Numbered from the stretch's first letter, positions 1-8,434 are shown. The stretch is 47,338 bases of DNA from Archangiaceae bacterium (GCA_043750125.1 JAYVCD010000066.1:1-47338), one strand, 5' to 3'. Numbers and translations: made by a program. Notes: a model not told the origin generated them from the letters alone.

Positions 1-663
1 CGTCACCGCAATGGCTGGAGCGGGGAGCGGTATTTGCGACGGTCCGCCATCAACCGAGGGGTCCAGGCAGCTCACCCCTCCGTCGGCCATCAACCCGCAG
101 CAGGACCAATCTCCGCAGGCGATGGCGACCGCGCCTTGCATTGCCCCCACGACACGCACGGGACCTGTGAAGACGGGTTTCTCGAAACAGACAACTTCGC
201 CGGTTTCAATCAATGCGCACGAACCCAGGCCACCGACCGCAATGGTCCGCGCCCGATCGATTTGTGCCTCGTGACGCTTTGAACACGAGCCCCCGCTCGC
301 CTCGCAGACCACGCGTCCCCCTTCCATCAGGGCGCAGGCGTAGGAAGGTTCGGAACACCACGGGGTCCACCCTCCGACCGAGATCGCGATCGCTCCCAAC
401 TCGACGACCGTAAATCGAATGGGGGTCCCGTCCGCTCCCGTGGCCTCGCACTCGACGCGGCCCGCCTGCGAGCGGGTGCAATGGACTCCGTCGCCCACGC
501 TCACCTCGATCACCCGATCTACCGGCGGCCCCGCGTCGAACTGGCCTGCGTCAAGGCGAGGCTCCTCCCACCCCGTGTCAGGGGACAAACCAGGTGCGAT
601 CTGAGTTCGACCGCAGGCACAGAGTAGAGCGACGACGAGCAGGAGGGGCAGTGAGGGGTTCAT
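1..663 (-). CDS. Cys-containing lipoprotein with RCC1/BLIP-II-like beta-propeller repeats (partial; runs off the left edge)
   Basis: Not in the ORF track; translated by hand from ATG at 663: MNPSLPLLLVVALLCACGR (lipobox). Repeats follow, such as VSVGDGVHCTRSQAGRVEC, YACALMEGGRVVC, IAVGGLGSCALIETGEVVC and IACGDWSCCGLMADGGVSC. The frame is open to position 1. Confidence 0.75.
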   Translation of the reverse strand, partial: MNPSLPLLLVVALLCACGRTQIAPGLSPDTGWEEPRLDAGQFDAGPPVDRVIEVSVGDGVHCTRSQAGRVECEATGADGTPIRFTVVELGAIAISVGGWTPWCSEPSYACALMEGGRVVCEASGGSCSKRHEAQIDRARTIAVGGLGSCALIETGEVVCFEKPVFTGPVRVVGAMQGAVAIACGDWSCCGLMADGGVSCLDPSVDGGPSQIPLPAPAIAVT

Positions 664-685
664 GGGCGCATAAGGTAGCTGCGGC

Positions 686-705
686 ACTCATGAATAAAAG
701 TGAGT
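686..705. promoter_or_regulatory. AT-rich inverted repeat in the divergent promoter; possible LysR operator
   Basis: ACTCA-N10-TGAGT (686-705) in the 91-bp gap between divergent genes; contains a T-N11-A spacing (691-703). Confidence 0.35.
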
Positions 706-754
706 AGTGTTCATCACATTCAGTCGTCTACGGACTCAATCTTCCGGAGCACCC

Positions 755-1702
755 ATGGAGCTCTCTCACCTTCGCTACTTCTTTCATGTCGCCACTGCCC
801 GAAGCTTTGTGCGCGGGGCTCGCGCCGCGTTCGTCACCCCACCCGCGTTGAGCAAGGCCGTTCGTGGGCTCGAAAAAGAGCTCGGCGTCGCATTGCTCGA
901 GCGCAGCACGCGACACGTGCGTCTCACCCGCGCGGGTGAAGTGGTGCTGGAGCGGTGTCGCCGCATTCTGGAAGAAGCTGAATCGCTGCGACGCGATGCG
1001 GCCACGGCGTCCCGCGAGATCAAGGGCGAGCTGCGCATCGCCGCGATGGAAGTCTTCTCAATCGATTTGTTGCCCATCGCCCTCACCCACCTGGTGAAGG
1101 CTCATCCGGGAGTCGTTCCGTTGGTGTACGAGATGGGCCCCGAAGACCTGCGGCTCGCGCTCAGCCGTGGCCTCCTCGATGTGGGGTTCAGCGTCGGAGG
1201 ACAGTCCACCGCCGACGTGTCGCGCGACGTGCTGGGTCTGAGTGTCGCCTGCATCGTCAGCGGGCCCGATCACCCGCTGCATCGCCACAAGCGGGTCACG
1301 CCCGCCACACTCGCCACCCAGAGTTGGGTCGTGCCGCGATTTTTTGGAAGGCCCCCCTTCCCTTCCCTGGACCAATTTCCCGACGAGAAGTATCCCCGCG
1401 CGATTGGAGCCACCATCGAGCTGCTCCAGGCGGGAATCAAACTGGCGGGGGGTGGCGCCTACCTGGGTTGCTTCCCCGAGATTTCGATTCGGCGAGAGTT
1501 GAATGACGGGAGTCTGCTGCGGATCAAGAGAGCCCCGCGGGTGCCGCCCTTCGAGCTGGCCGTCTTTACCCGACGCAACACCACGCCTTCCCCTGCGGTC
1601 GAAGCTCTGATCACGCTGATGCGCAAAGTTCTCGCCGAACGCCCCAAAAGTGTGCGCCCGCTCGCTTCAACGGCAACAGGGCCCGCACGACGACCTCGGT
1701 GA
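755..1702 (+). CDS. LysR-family transcriptional regulator
   Basis: N-terminal HTH MELSHLRYFFHVA...SFVRGA...VTPPALSKAVRGLEKELGVALLERSTRHVRLTRAG followed by a substrate-binding domain. Start taken at ATG 755. Confidence 0.95.
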   Translation: MELSHLRYFFHVATARSFVRGARAAFVTPPALSKAVRGLEKELGVALLERSTRHVRLTRAGEVVLERCRRILEEAESLRRDAATASREIKGELRIAAMEVFSIDLLPIALTHLVKAHPGVVPLVYEMGPEDLRLALSRGLLDVGFSVGGQSTADVSRDVLGLSVACIVSGPDHPLHRHKRVTPATLATQSWVVPRFFGRPPFPSLDQFPDEKYPRAIGATIELLQAGIKLAGGGAYLGCFPEISIRRELNDGSLLRIKRAPRVPPFELAVFTRRNTTPSPAVEALITLMRKVLAERPKSVRPLASTATGPARRPR

Positions 1703-1902
1703 GCGCGTCTAGAACCCGGGCGACCGACAGTCCGTTCGGCCGGCGGTACCGCGTCGGAAGCAAGGCGCGCTTCGCCGCATTCGCGCGCGCGTTCTTCCCC
1801 GCGTGGTTGTTCGACTTCGTCCTGCGCCGAGAGTTTCGGCTCGGCTGATATCCGCGCGGCGGGTGTAACCCCCGGGCCCCGGGGCTCGTAGGATGTCTTC
1901 AG

Positions 1903-3156
1903 ATGCGAGCCGCCCTCTTCCTTGCGCTCGTCGCGCTGTCACTTCCAGCTGCGGCGCAATGCACAACTTGAGTGAACCCTGCGCTCCCGTCGGGAGCGGG
2001 AGCAGACGGGGTCACGCTTCAAGGCCTGTCGCAGTCCTGGTCGGCGTCGGCTCAACTCGCCGTCGGGTGGATCCCCTTCCCAGGTCGGCTCGCCAACGGG
2101 CAGACCATCGAGGACCCTGCCCGGCCCCGGTTGGATTTGGGCCTGGCCACCGTCTCGGCCGGTTTCGGGCGCGGCCTGGGACCGGGTCTCGAGCTGCAGT
2201 TGCCGATGGGGATCATTGGCCGCAGCGACCTCGTCAATGGCGCGCAGCGTGACGTAGGTCTGGGCGATCTCGAGCTTCGCGGGCGCTTTACCGCGGCGCC
2301 CAACCCCATCCGGCTCACTGCCAGCGCCGGTCTCGCGTTGCCCACCGGGGCCTATGCCGCAAAGAGCGGCGCGCTCGCGCTCCAGGAAAACGCCCGCTAC
2401 CTGACGCTCGGCAGAGGAACGACCTGGTTCCTGGGCGACCTTGATGCGCGCGTCACGCTGCCCCAGCGGTTCGGCGCTTTCGCCTCGAGCACCGTGCGCC
2501 TGGCGCTGGCCGACGCCCATGACGGGTTTCGCTGGGGCCCCGAGGCGCGGGTGACGGCCGGAGCCACGCTCGGCCCGCTGGTCGAACGAATCTCGTTCTC
2601 ACTCGGCCTCGAAACCCAGTGGCGCGCTCAATCTTCCGAGATCGATCCGTTCACCAATGCGCGGGTGTCTTCCGCCAACACCGGTGGAACCTGGCTCACC
2701 CTCACCCCGGCCGGGCAAGTGCGGGTGATCGATGGGCTTGGAATCTTCGCGGCCCTTCGCGTCCCGCTGGCTCAGTGGGCCAGCGGGCTCCAGTTCATCC
2801 CCGGTCCGGGGGTGTTCGTGGGCATCGGAGGCAGTCTCGAGGTGATCCCTGCGACCCGCCCCGACACGGGCGCTTCCAGGGGCAAGGTGACCCTGGTGGA
2901 CTATTGGGCCACGTGGTGCGCTCCCTGTGTGAAACTCAAGCCGCTGATCGCTGCGGCCCGGCAGCGGCATCCCGAGCTCGAGGTAAAGGAAATCGATGCC
3001 AGCGCATGGACCGCAGAAGAGCTGGCGAAGGAAGTGCCCGGCGCCGCGGGGCTTCCGGTGCTCTTGATGTACGCGCCCGACGGCAGCCTCGCGGCTCAGT
3101 GGGTGGGCGAAGATGCGTTCGAGTTCGAAAACAAGTTGAAGGAGCTGCTTCCATGA
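1903..3156 (+). CDS. Putative selenoprotein: signal peptide + CxxU motif + outer-membrane beta-barrel (MetA-pathway/transporter-like) + C-terminal thioredoxin domain
   Basis: AGGA at 1890-1893, ATG 1903, MRAALFLALVALSLPAAA-QCTT-TGA(1969-1971)-VNPALP in frame with track ORF 1972..3156. Amphipathic strands (GLGDLELRGRF, LALPTGAY, RWGPEARVTAG) and C-terminal LVDYWATWCAPCVKLKP. SECIS-like hairpin at 1982-1998. Confidence 0.8.
1982..1998 (+). other. Putative bacterial SECIS element (gene 1)
   Basis: CGCTCCC-GTC-GGGAGCG: perfect 7-bp stem with a GU-containing loop, starting 10 nt after the in-frame UGA; loop G at +18. Confidence 0.7.
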
Positions 3157-3743
3157 CGACGAAACCCGGCTGGACTCACGCGCTGCTGGCTGCCTGTTCG
3201 ATGGCGATGTTTGCGTGCGGCGGGACGATGAAAGGGGCCGACGCGGGCGGGGGCGGCGGTGCCGGCGGTGGCTTCGCGCTGACCGACGGCGGGGACGTCG
3301 TCGCGATGTACCCCAGCTGGCAGCTGGCTGACATTCAGCCCCAAAGTCCGCGCTTCAACCAGGTCTACGGCCTGTCTGCGTTCCAGACCCGGCCAGTGGT
3401 CGTCGTGCTTCTGGAAGGGTTTTGAACCGTTTGTCGATCCCAGGCTGGGGTCGCCGAGTCGCTCTGGGCAGATCTGAAGGCCGAAGGCCGCAGCGTGCAG
3501 TTCGTCGTGCTGTCTGACGCGAACGCCAGCGACTTCGTGCCCGTGTTGACGATGCCGCTCTTCCGAGACCCAAGCCCCAACCGTGCCGCGTGGCTGGAGC
3601 TCGACGCCACCGCGTACAAACACGACACGTTTGTGTTTGATGCGCAGGGACGACGGGTGCTGACTCTCAAGTTGAACGGTTCGCTCAACCCGGCGACCTG
3701 GCGCAGTGACGTAGGGGCGGCGGTCCGCGCTCTTCCTCCTTGA
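3153..3743 (+). CDS. Putative selenoprotein lipoprotein with UxxC thioredoxin/peroxiredoxin-like fold (SelP N-domain-like)
   Basis: AAGGAG at 3139-3144 and ATGA overlap with the upstream stop. Lipoprotein-type signal MTTKPGWTHALLAACSMAMFAC. VVVVLLEGF-TGA(3423-3425)-TVCRSQ continues in frame into track ORF 3495..3743 (DTFVFDAQGR). 196 aa with readthrough. Confidence 0.85.
3435..3453 (+). other. Putative bacterial SECIS element (gene 2)
   Basis: CGATCCCA-GGC-TGGGGTCG: 8-bp stem with one U-G pair, starting 9 nt after the in-frame UGA; first loop G at +18. Confidence 0.7.
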
Positions 3744-3766
3744 ATCAGCCCGGCGTGCGGGTCGAC

Positions 3767-4525
3767 TCAGAAGGGCAAAAGAGTCGCCACCACGGCTCCG
3801 ATCGGAAGGACTTCAGCCCCCGCCGCCGCCGACGCCCGGAGCACACGCTCGAGATCGCGCGGGGTCACTCCAAATCCGGTCGGGCGATCGCTCACGTCGT
3901 GGGAATACAAGATGAGCCACCCTCCCCCCTGGGCGACCTGGTCGATCAAGCGCAGCGCCTGGTCGACGTGACCGCCTGACGAGTACAGCTTGTTGCCCTT
4001 GAGGAGGTTCAGATCCACCCGGTCGCGGTGCAGTCCGGGGAAGATCGACCGCATGCTCGCAAACCGTTCGCCGAGCCTGGCCTTCAACGACGGCCGCAGC
4101 CGCCCGTACGGATACGCGAAGTGTGACAACGGTCTTCCCGGTTGCAGCCCCGCGAAGCTCGCCTGATTTCGATCGAGATCCTCGTCGATCGTCTGCATAC
4201 GCGAGGTCATCAGGTCGAGGTGTGAATGGCTGTGACAGCCCAGCTCATGCCCGCCTGCACTCACTTTGAGCAGGTCCTCGCGGGTGAACGCGTCCTTCGC
4301 AGACGTCTGTTCTGTCATCAGCCCCATCGCCACGTAATAGGTGGCGTGCACCCCTTGAGCCTCGACCACCTCGGCTCCCAGTCGCGCCGCCGAACGGGGG
4401 AAGTCATCGAAGCTGAACGAAATGCAACGGCGGCCCGCAGCCAGTCGTGCCATTCGCGCACCCACATGCGGCGTCACCCATCGGGTGCCGTGGTACAGCG
4501 CGCTGTCGACGAGACGCTTGATCAC
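3767..4525 (-). CDS. Polysaccharide deacetylase (CE4/NodB domain)
   Basis: ISFSFDDFP, GHELGCHSHSH, FAYPYG and LILYSHDV motifs. Start taken at GTG 4525, just after the upstream stop. Confidence 0.88.
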   Translation of the reverse strand: MIKRLVDSALYHGTRWVTPHVGARMARLAAGRRCISFSFDDFPRSAARLGAEVVEAQGVHATYYVAMGLMTEQTSAKDAFTREDLLKVSAGGHELGCHSHSHLDLMTSRMQTIDEDLDRNQASFAGLQPGRPLSHFAYPYGRLRPSLKARLGERFASMRSIFPGLHRDRVDLNLLKGNKLYSSGGHVDQALRLIDQVAQGGGWLILYSHDVSDRPTGFGVTPRDLERVLRASAAAGAEVLPIGAVVATLLPF

Positions 4526-4536
4526 GGCTTTTGTCT

Positions 4537-5556
4537 CTATGGCTGTTCTGTCTTGTGCCGCTCTGGGTAGCGACGCACCCGGAACGGCGCCATCCACAAG
4601 ATCTTCCCCAGTCCGCCCGAAGCGATGCACAGGTACCGCCGCGCCGTCTCGGCGCTGAAGGGGCTGGTCGCAATCGCAACCATTCCACCCACCGACACCT
4701 GTGCCGCACCGACCAGCATCCAGAGCAGCGCTTCGATCTTGTTCGAATGTTCAGAAGATACGCACAGCGAAGTCCGTACCTGCCCCGCACTGAAGCGGCG
4801 CTTGAGCAGGTACCGCATCGTCAGGCGTTCTTCGCTGAAGTATTCCCGCACCCGCGCTTCCGGACACCAGTTGAGCTGGCGCCCCTCGGCAAGCAGCTTT
4901 CGAATCAGGGCTGAGTCTTCGCCGCCTGCGAGGCCCAGCGACAAATCGAAGGGCTCTGCCCCCGAGAAGCAGCTGCGGCGAAAGAGCGAATTTCCTGACC
5001 CCAGCGAAGCAATGCGCCGGGCCGGTACGGGGCCCGACGGCTCGGTGAAGAGCCGGGTCATTTCCTTTTCATGCAGCTGGGCGTTGTCCCGGGTCGGACC
5101 ATCGAAGTGGCCGAGCACCGCACCGAAGACCGCGTCAGACCCACTTTCCCTCTGGGCAGCAACGAGCGCGGCCAACCACTCAGGCTCGGCATCTTCATCG
5201 TCATCGAGGAACGCGATCAGCTGGCCGTGCGCGCTGGCCACCCCTCGATTGCGGGCCGCCGAAACTCCCGGAATCGGTTCACTTTCGTAGCGGAAGCGAA
5301 GCCGACCGTGGGCCGACACCTCTTTGACCGTGTCGCTCGCCGTCCGATCGGGACAGTTGTCGACCACCACCACTTCGAAGTCGTCGGGTGAAATTCCGAC
5401 CTGGGCCTGACAGCTCTCGAGCGCACGCCGAAGGGATTTCGGCCGACGAAAGGTGGGAATGATGACCGAAATTTTCGGCAACGCCACCAGCGCGCTCGTA
5501 CTTTCCTCGCGGGTCTTGTCGCCAGCGGCCTTTTCCACTCCCTGCTGGGAAGCCAT
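4537..5556 (-). CDS. GT2 glycosyltransferase, ExoM-like
   Basis: ISVIIPTFRRP, VVVVDNC, GVSAARNRG, IAFLDDDE, GGEDSAL. Start uncertain (5556 or 5571). Confidence 0.9.
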   Translation of the reverse strand: MASQQGVEKAAGDKTREESTSALVALPKISVIIPTFRRPKSLRRALESCQAQVGISPDDFEVVVVDNCPDRTASDTVKEVSAHGRLRFRYESEPIPGVSAARNRGVASAHGQLIAFLDDDEDAEPEWLAALVAAQRESGSDAVFGAVLGHFDGPTRDNAQLHEKEMTRLFTEPSGPVPARRIASLGSGNSLFRRSCFSGAEPFDLSLGLAGGEDSALIRKLLAEGRQLNWCPEARVREYFSEERLTMRYLLKRRFSAGQVRTSLCVSSEHSNKIEALLWMLVGAAQVSVGGMVAIATSPFSAETARRYLCIASGGLGKILWMAPFRVRRYPERHKTEQP

Positions 5557-5779
5557 CAGGGCCACCCGCAATCAGGCGAGGGCCCTTCGGGGAATGTCGA
5601 ATCGCGCCGAGACACGCGCCCAAACAGACCACGTTTTCGGTTGGAAGGCCGGCAGCAACCAGGGCCACCCGGCGGTGAGTAAAAATGTCCCACGCTCAAA
5701 GCCCAGCCGACCCCCGGTTGTTATAGCCGTTCGTGTTACCACTCTGAGCCGATTGGGCAGGAACCAAACGGGGGCGCAC

Positions 5780-6265
5780 ATGAAGAAGAAGCCGCAGGAA
5801 GATCCGCTGCACGCATTGTGGAGTGGTGATCCGCTCGCGATTCAGAAATTGCTGCACTCGAAGGTGAACCTCAATCAGACGGATGCCCAGGGGCGCACGT
5901 TGCTGATGGAAGCGGTCCTCGAGAAGCGAACTGATCTGGTCAAGCTGTTGCTCGAACACGGAGGCGATCCAAAGCTGTCCGATCGCGAAGGGGTCACTGC
6001 ACTCCACTTCGCAGCTCAAGCCCAGTTGCCTGAGATCGTTCAGCTGCTGCTCGACAAGGGAGCGCCCGTCGACGCCAAAGACCACCTCGGAAACACGCCC
6101 CTCTTCAAGGCGCTGTCGACCTTCCGTGGCGAGGCCGATGGAGATGCCATCTGGGCCCTGCTGCTGGCCGGCGCGGACAAGACTCTCAAGAACACCCACC
6201 AGATCTCATCCGAAGATCTCAGTCACCGGGTGTCGAACTATGATCTCGAGCGCTTCTTTCGCTGA
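5780..6265 (+). CDS. Ankyrin repeat protein
   Basis: DAQGRTLLMEAV, DREGVTALHFAA and DHLGNTPLFKAL ankyrin repeats; ATG 5780. Confidence 0.9.
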   Translation: MKKKPQEDPLHALWSGDPLAIQKLLHSKVNLNQTDAQGRTLLMEAVLEKRTDLVKLLLEHGGDPKLSDREGVTALHFAAQAQLPEIVQLLLDKGAPVDAKDHLGNTPLFKALSTFRGEADGDAIWALLLAGADKTLKNTHQISSEDLSHRVSNYDLERFFR

Positions 6266-6276
6266 AAGCTGAAAGC

Positions 6277-8424
6277 TCAGCTCGACGATGCGAGCAGCGC
6301 GTAGCCTTCGCCCGTGAGCTCGACGGTCGCCTGACCGACGAAGACGCGGACCCGCGGCGAGACCTGGCCGTACCAACCGACCAGGCGTGCGAGCGGAACC
6401 TTGAGTGGAGTGCCCGGAGGAATGCCGATCGCCTTCAGGGTTCCCTCGAGCTTGAGCAGCACCGCGCCATGTCCCTTGAGGTGCACCATGTCGACCGTGA
6501 TGCCTTCGGCGGACAACCGGGCATTCTCGAACGCGACCGCTTCTTCGAAGGCGAACACCCGCTCTTCGCGCAGGTAGCAGCCCTCGTCGTCCAGATCGAT
6601 GGCTTGAAAACGGGCCTTGCCCGGTTCGAGATACATCGTCCCGTGGCCCTTCACCCGCTGCAGCTGGTCGGCCCCTTCACCGAAATTCTGATCGATCGGG
6701 CGTCCCCGGTTGCGGCGTTTCTCGGGCTGCGCATCGACGCCCCCCACCACTGCGACCAGCCCGCCCAACCGCGAGAGCATCTCGCCATTGACTGCCAGGG
6801 CCAGCCCTTCGGGACCAATGTGAAACGGACCGGTGGTCGGGTTGTGCGCGTAGTCCAGCTGCGGACCCAGGTCGGTCAGGCGCGGCACCGACAGCGCCTG
6901 GTAACCCGCCTGAACTTGCGGACCTGCCTGCTCGGGCTCAGCTTCGGAGTTGAACCCGGGCTCCGATTCGGACTGGGGCTGCGGCTGCGACTCCAGCTGC
7001 GGCTCCGACTCCAGCTGTGGCTCCGACTCCAGCTGTGGCTCCGGCTGCGACTCGCTCCACTGCTCCGCCTGAATTTCGGGGGCAGCGGGAACCGCTTCCG
7101 CAGACCCTGTGACCCAGGTCGGAAGCGGCTCTGAGCCGCCCCACACCGGGTCCGGCAACGGCGCCTCTTCGGCGGGAGCAGAATCCCACCCACCCTCGGC
7201 GACTCCGGCCCACGATTGTTCCGACTCGGCGCTCGAAGGGCCGGGAACAGGCTCGGGCGTCCAGCTCGGATCTTCTGCGACCATCGGCTCGGACTCCGAC
7301 GGGAAAGGCTGATCGCTCAACCCGCCCTGGTCCTCGAGCGGCACCAGCACGTTCTGCTCGACCATCACCAGGGACGCGTTCTCGTTCGGAACTTCTTCGA
7401 CCATCGCTTCGACGACATCGCCCTCGTACAGCGGCATCTCGTCCGAGCTGGTTTCGGTCATCAGGCTCGCCGGCATCTGCAGCCCGGTTGCGACTGCCCC
7501 TTCGGACGAACCTTCCGGGGGCCCTTCGTCTTCAGCAAACCGCAGGTCGTCGGACACCACGACGTTCGGCGACGACAACGGAGGAGGCGGCGGGGTCTCC
7601 TCGTCCATTCCAAATTGAGCGCCCCAATCGGAATTGAGCGCCGGAATCCTGGTGTCCGCCATCTCTTCGAAGCCCGGCTGGGGAAGGGGTGGGCCGCCCA
7701 TCCCTCCCATCGACTCATCCCTCGACTGCGCTTGAGAGACGATCGTCACCGCGGACGCAGGCCCTTGTTGCGCCGGTCGAACCTCGACCTCAGGGGGCAC
7801 GTCTTCTTCCTCACCCATCATCTGAATCTGAATCTCTTCCCGCCGAGGAGGCGACGGGGGCGGCGGCGCGGTGATGGCCGGCAGCGGCAACGATTCAGCC
7901 TCGAGCTCGGGCGCAGAAGACATCTTCACCGTCGCTGGCGCTTCGGCCGAGACCATCGCCCGCGCCATCTTCTCGGCCATCACGTCGCTGCCGCTGATCA
8001 CGAAATGCTCGCGCGCCCGCGCGTAGTCACCGGCCTGGGCCAACGCGAGCCCCAGGTAGTTGTGCGCCTTCTTGTGCCCCGGCTCGAGATCGGTCGCCGT
8101 CTCGAACTCGCGCACGCTGCGGGTCAGGTTGTTGGTCTTCAAGTACACCAACCCCAGGTTCACCCGCAGGGTCGGGTCGGCCGGGTTCTCGTTCACCAGC
8201 TGCTCGTAGATGCTCGAGGCCCGCTCGAACTGTCCCAGCTTGAAATACGTGAGCCCCAACAGGTTCTGGGCCTTCTCGTTTTTCGGGTGCAGTTGGTAGG
8301 CACGCTCGAGATGACTCTTCGCCTCGTCCACCTTTCCTGCCGCCAACAACTCCCCGCCTTTGTAGAGCTGGGCGAGAAACTCTTCGTCCGTCGCTGGATC
8401 GCGTCGGACTGTCGTACTCGTCAT
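6277..8424 (-). CDS. TPR protein with long acidic/Pro-rich linker and C-terminal AIM24-like domain
   Basis: N-terminal TPRs (AQNLLGLTYFKLGQF, LRVNLGLVYLK, AHNYLGLALAQ). The C-terminal YLREERVFAFEE and MVHLKGHGAVLL resemble AIM24. Confidence 0.8.
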   Translation of the reverse strand: MTSTTVRRDPATDEEFLAQLYKGGELLAAGKVDEAKSHLERAYQLHPKNEKAQNLLGLTYFKLGQFERASSIYEQLVNENPADPTLRVNLGLVYLKTNNLTRSVREFETATDLEPGHKKAHNYLGLALAQAGDYARAREHFVISGSDVMAEKMARAMVSAEAPATVKMSSAPELEAESLPLPAITAPPPPSPPRREEIQIQMMGEEEDVPPEVEVRPAQQGPASAVTIVSQAQSRDESMGGMGGPPLPQPGFEEMADTRIPALNSDWGAQFGMDEETPPPPPLSSPNVVVSDDLRFAEDEGPPEGSSEGAVATGLQMPASLMTETSSDEMPLYEGDVVEAMVEEVPNENASLVMVEQNVLVPLEDQGGLSDQPFPSESEPMVAEDPSWTPEPVPGPSSAESEQSWAGVAEGGWDSAPAEEAPLPDPVWGGSEPLPTWVTGSAEAVPAAPEIQAEQWSESQPEPQLESEPQLESEPQLESQPQPQSESEPGFNSEAEPEQAGPQVQAGYQALSVPRLTDLGPQLDYAHNPTTGPFHIGPEGLALAVNGEMLSRLGGLVAVVGGVDAQPEKRRNRGRPIDQNFGEGADQLQRVKGHGTMYLEPGKARFQAIDLDDEGCYLREERVFAFEEAVAFENARLSAEGITVDMVHLKGHGAVLLKLEGTLKAIGIPPGTPLKVPLARLVGWYGQVSPRVRVFVGQATVELTGEGYALLASSS
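6988..7041. repeat. Three tandem 18-bp repeats encoding (EPQLES)x3
   Basis: CGACTCCAGCTGYGGCTC at 6988, 7006 and 7024. Confidence 0.9.
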
Positions 8425-8434
8425 TCGTTCCCCT

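Noticed and set aside
1703-1902. Short palindromes upstream of the Sec operon (GCCGAG/CTCGGC, CCCCGG/CCGGGG) as a riboswitch or tRNA
   Set aside because: No cloverleaf or recognisable riboswitch motif; such stems are common at this GC content.
1969-3425. Genome-wide UGA reassignment (Trp/Gly) as the explanation for the in-frame TGAs
   Set aside because: Many clear genes here end in TGA (lysR, nadB, rhomboid, pyrE), so UGA is a normal stop and any readthrough must be site-specific.
2619-3425. Track ORFs 2619..3425 and 3495..3743 as separate genes
   Set aside because: The first 178 codons overlap the barrel gene out of frame. The real start is ATG 3153 and both pieces form one UGA-readthrough protein.
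6261-6281. GCTGAAAGCTGAAAGCTCAGC between convergent genes as a terminator
   Set aside because: Weak, irregular stem with no U-tract.
6988-7041. 18-bp repeats as a CRISPR array
   Set aside because: Directly tandem with no spacers, in frame within a CDS, and no cas genes nearby.
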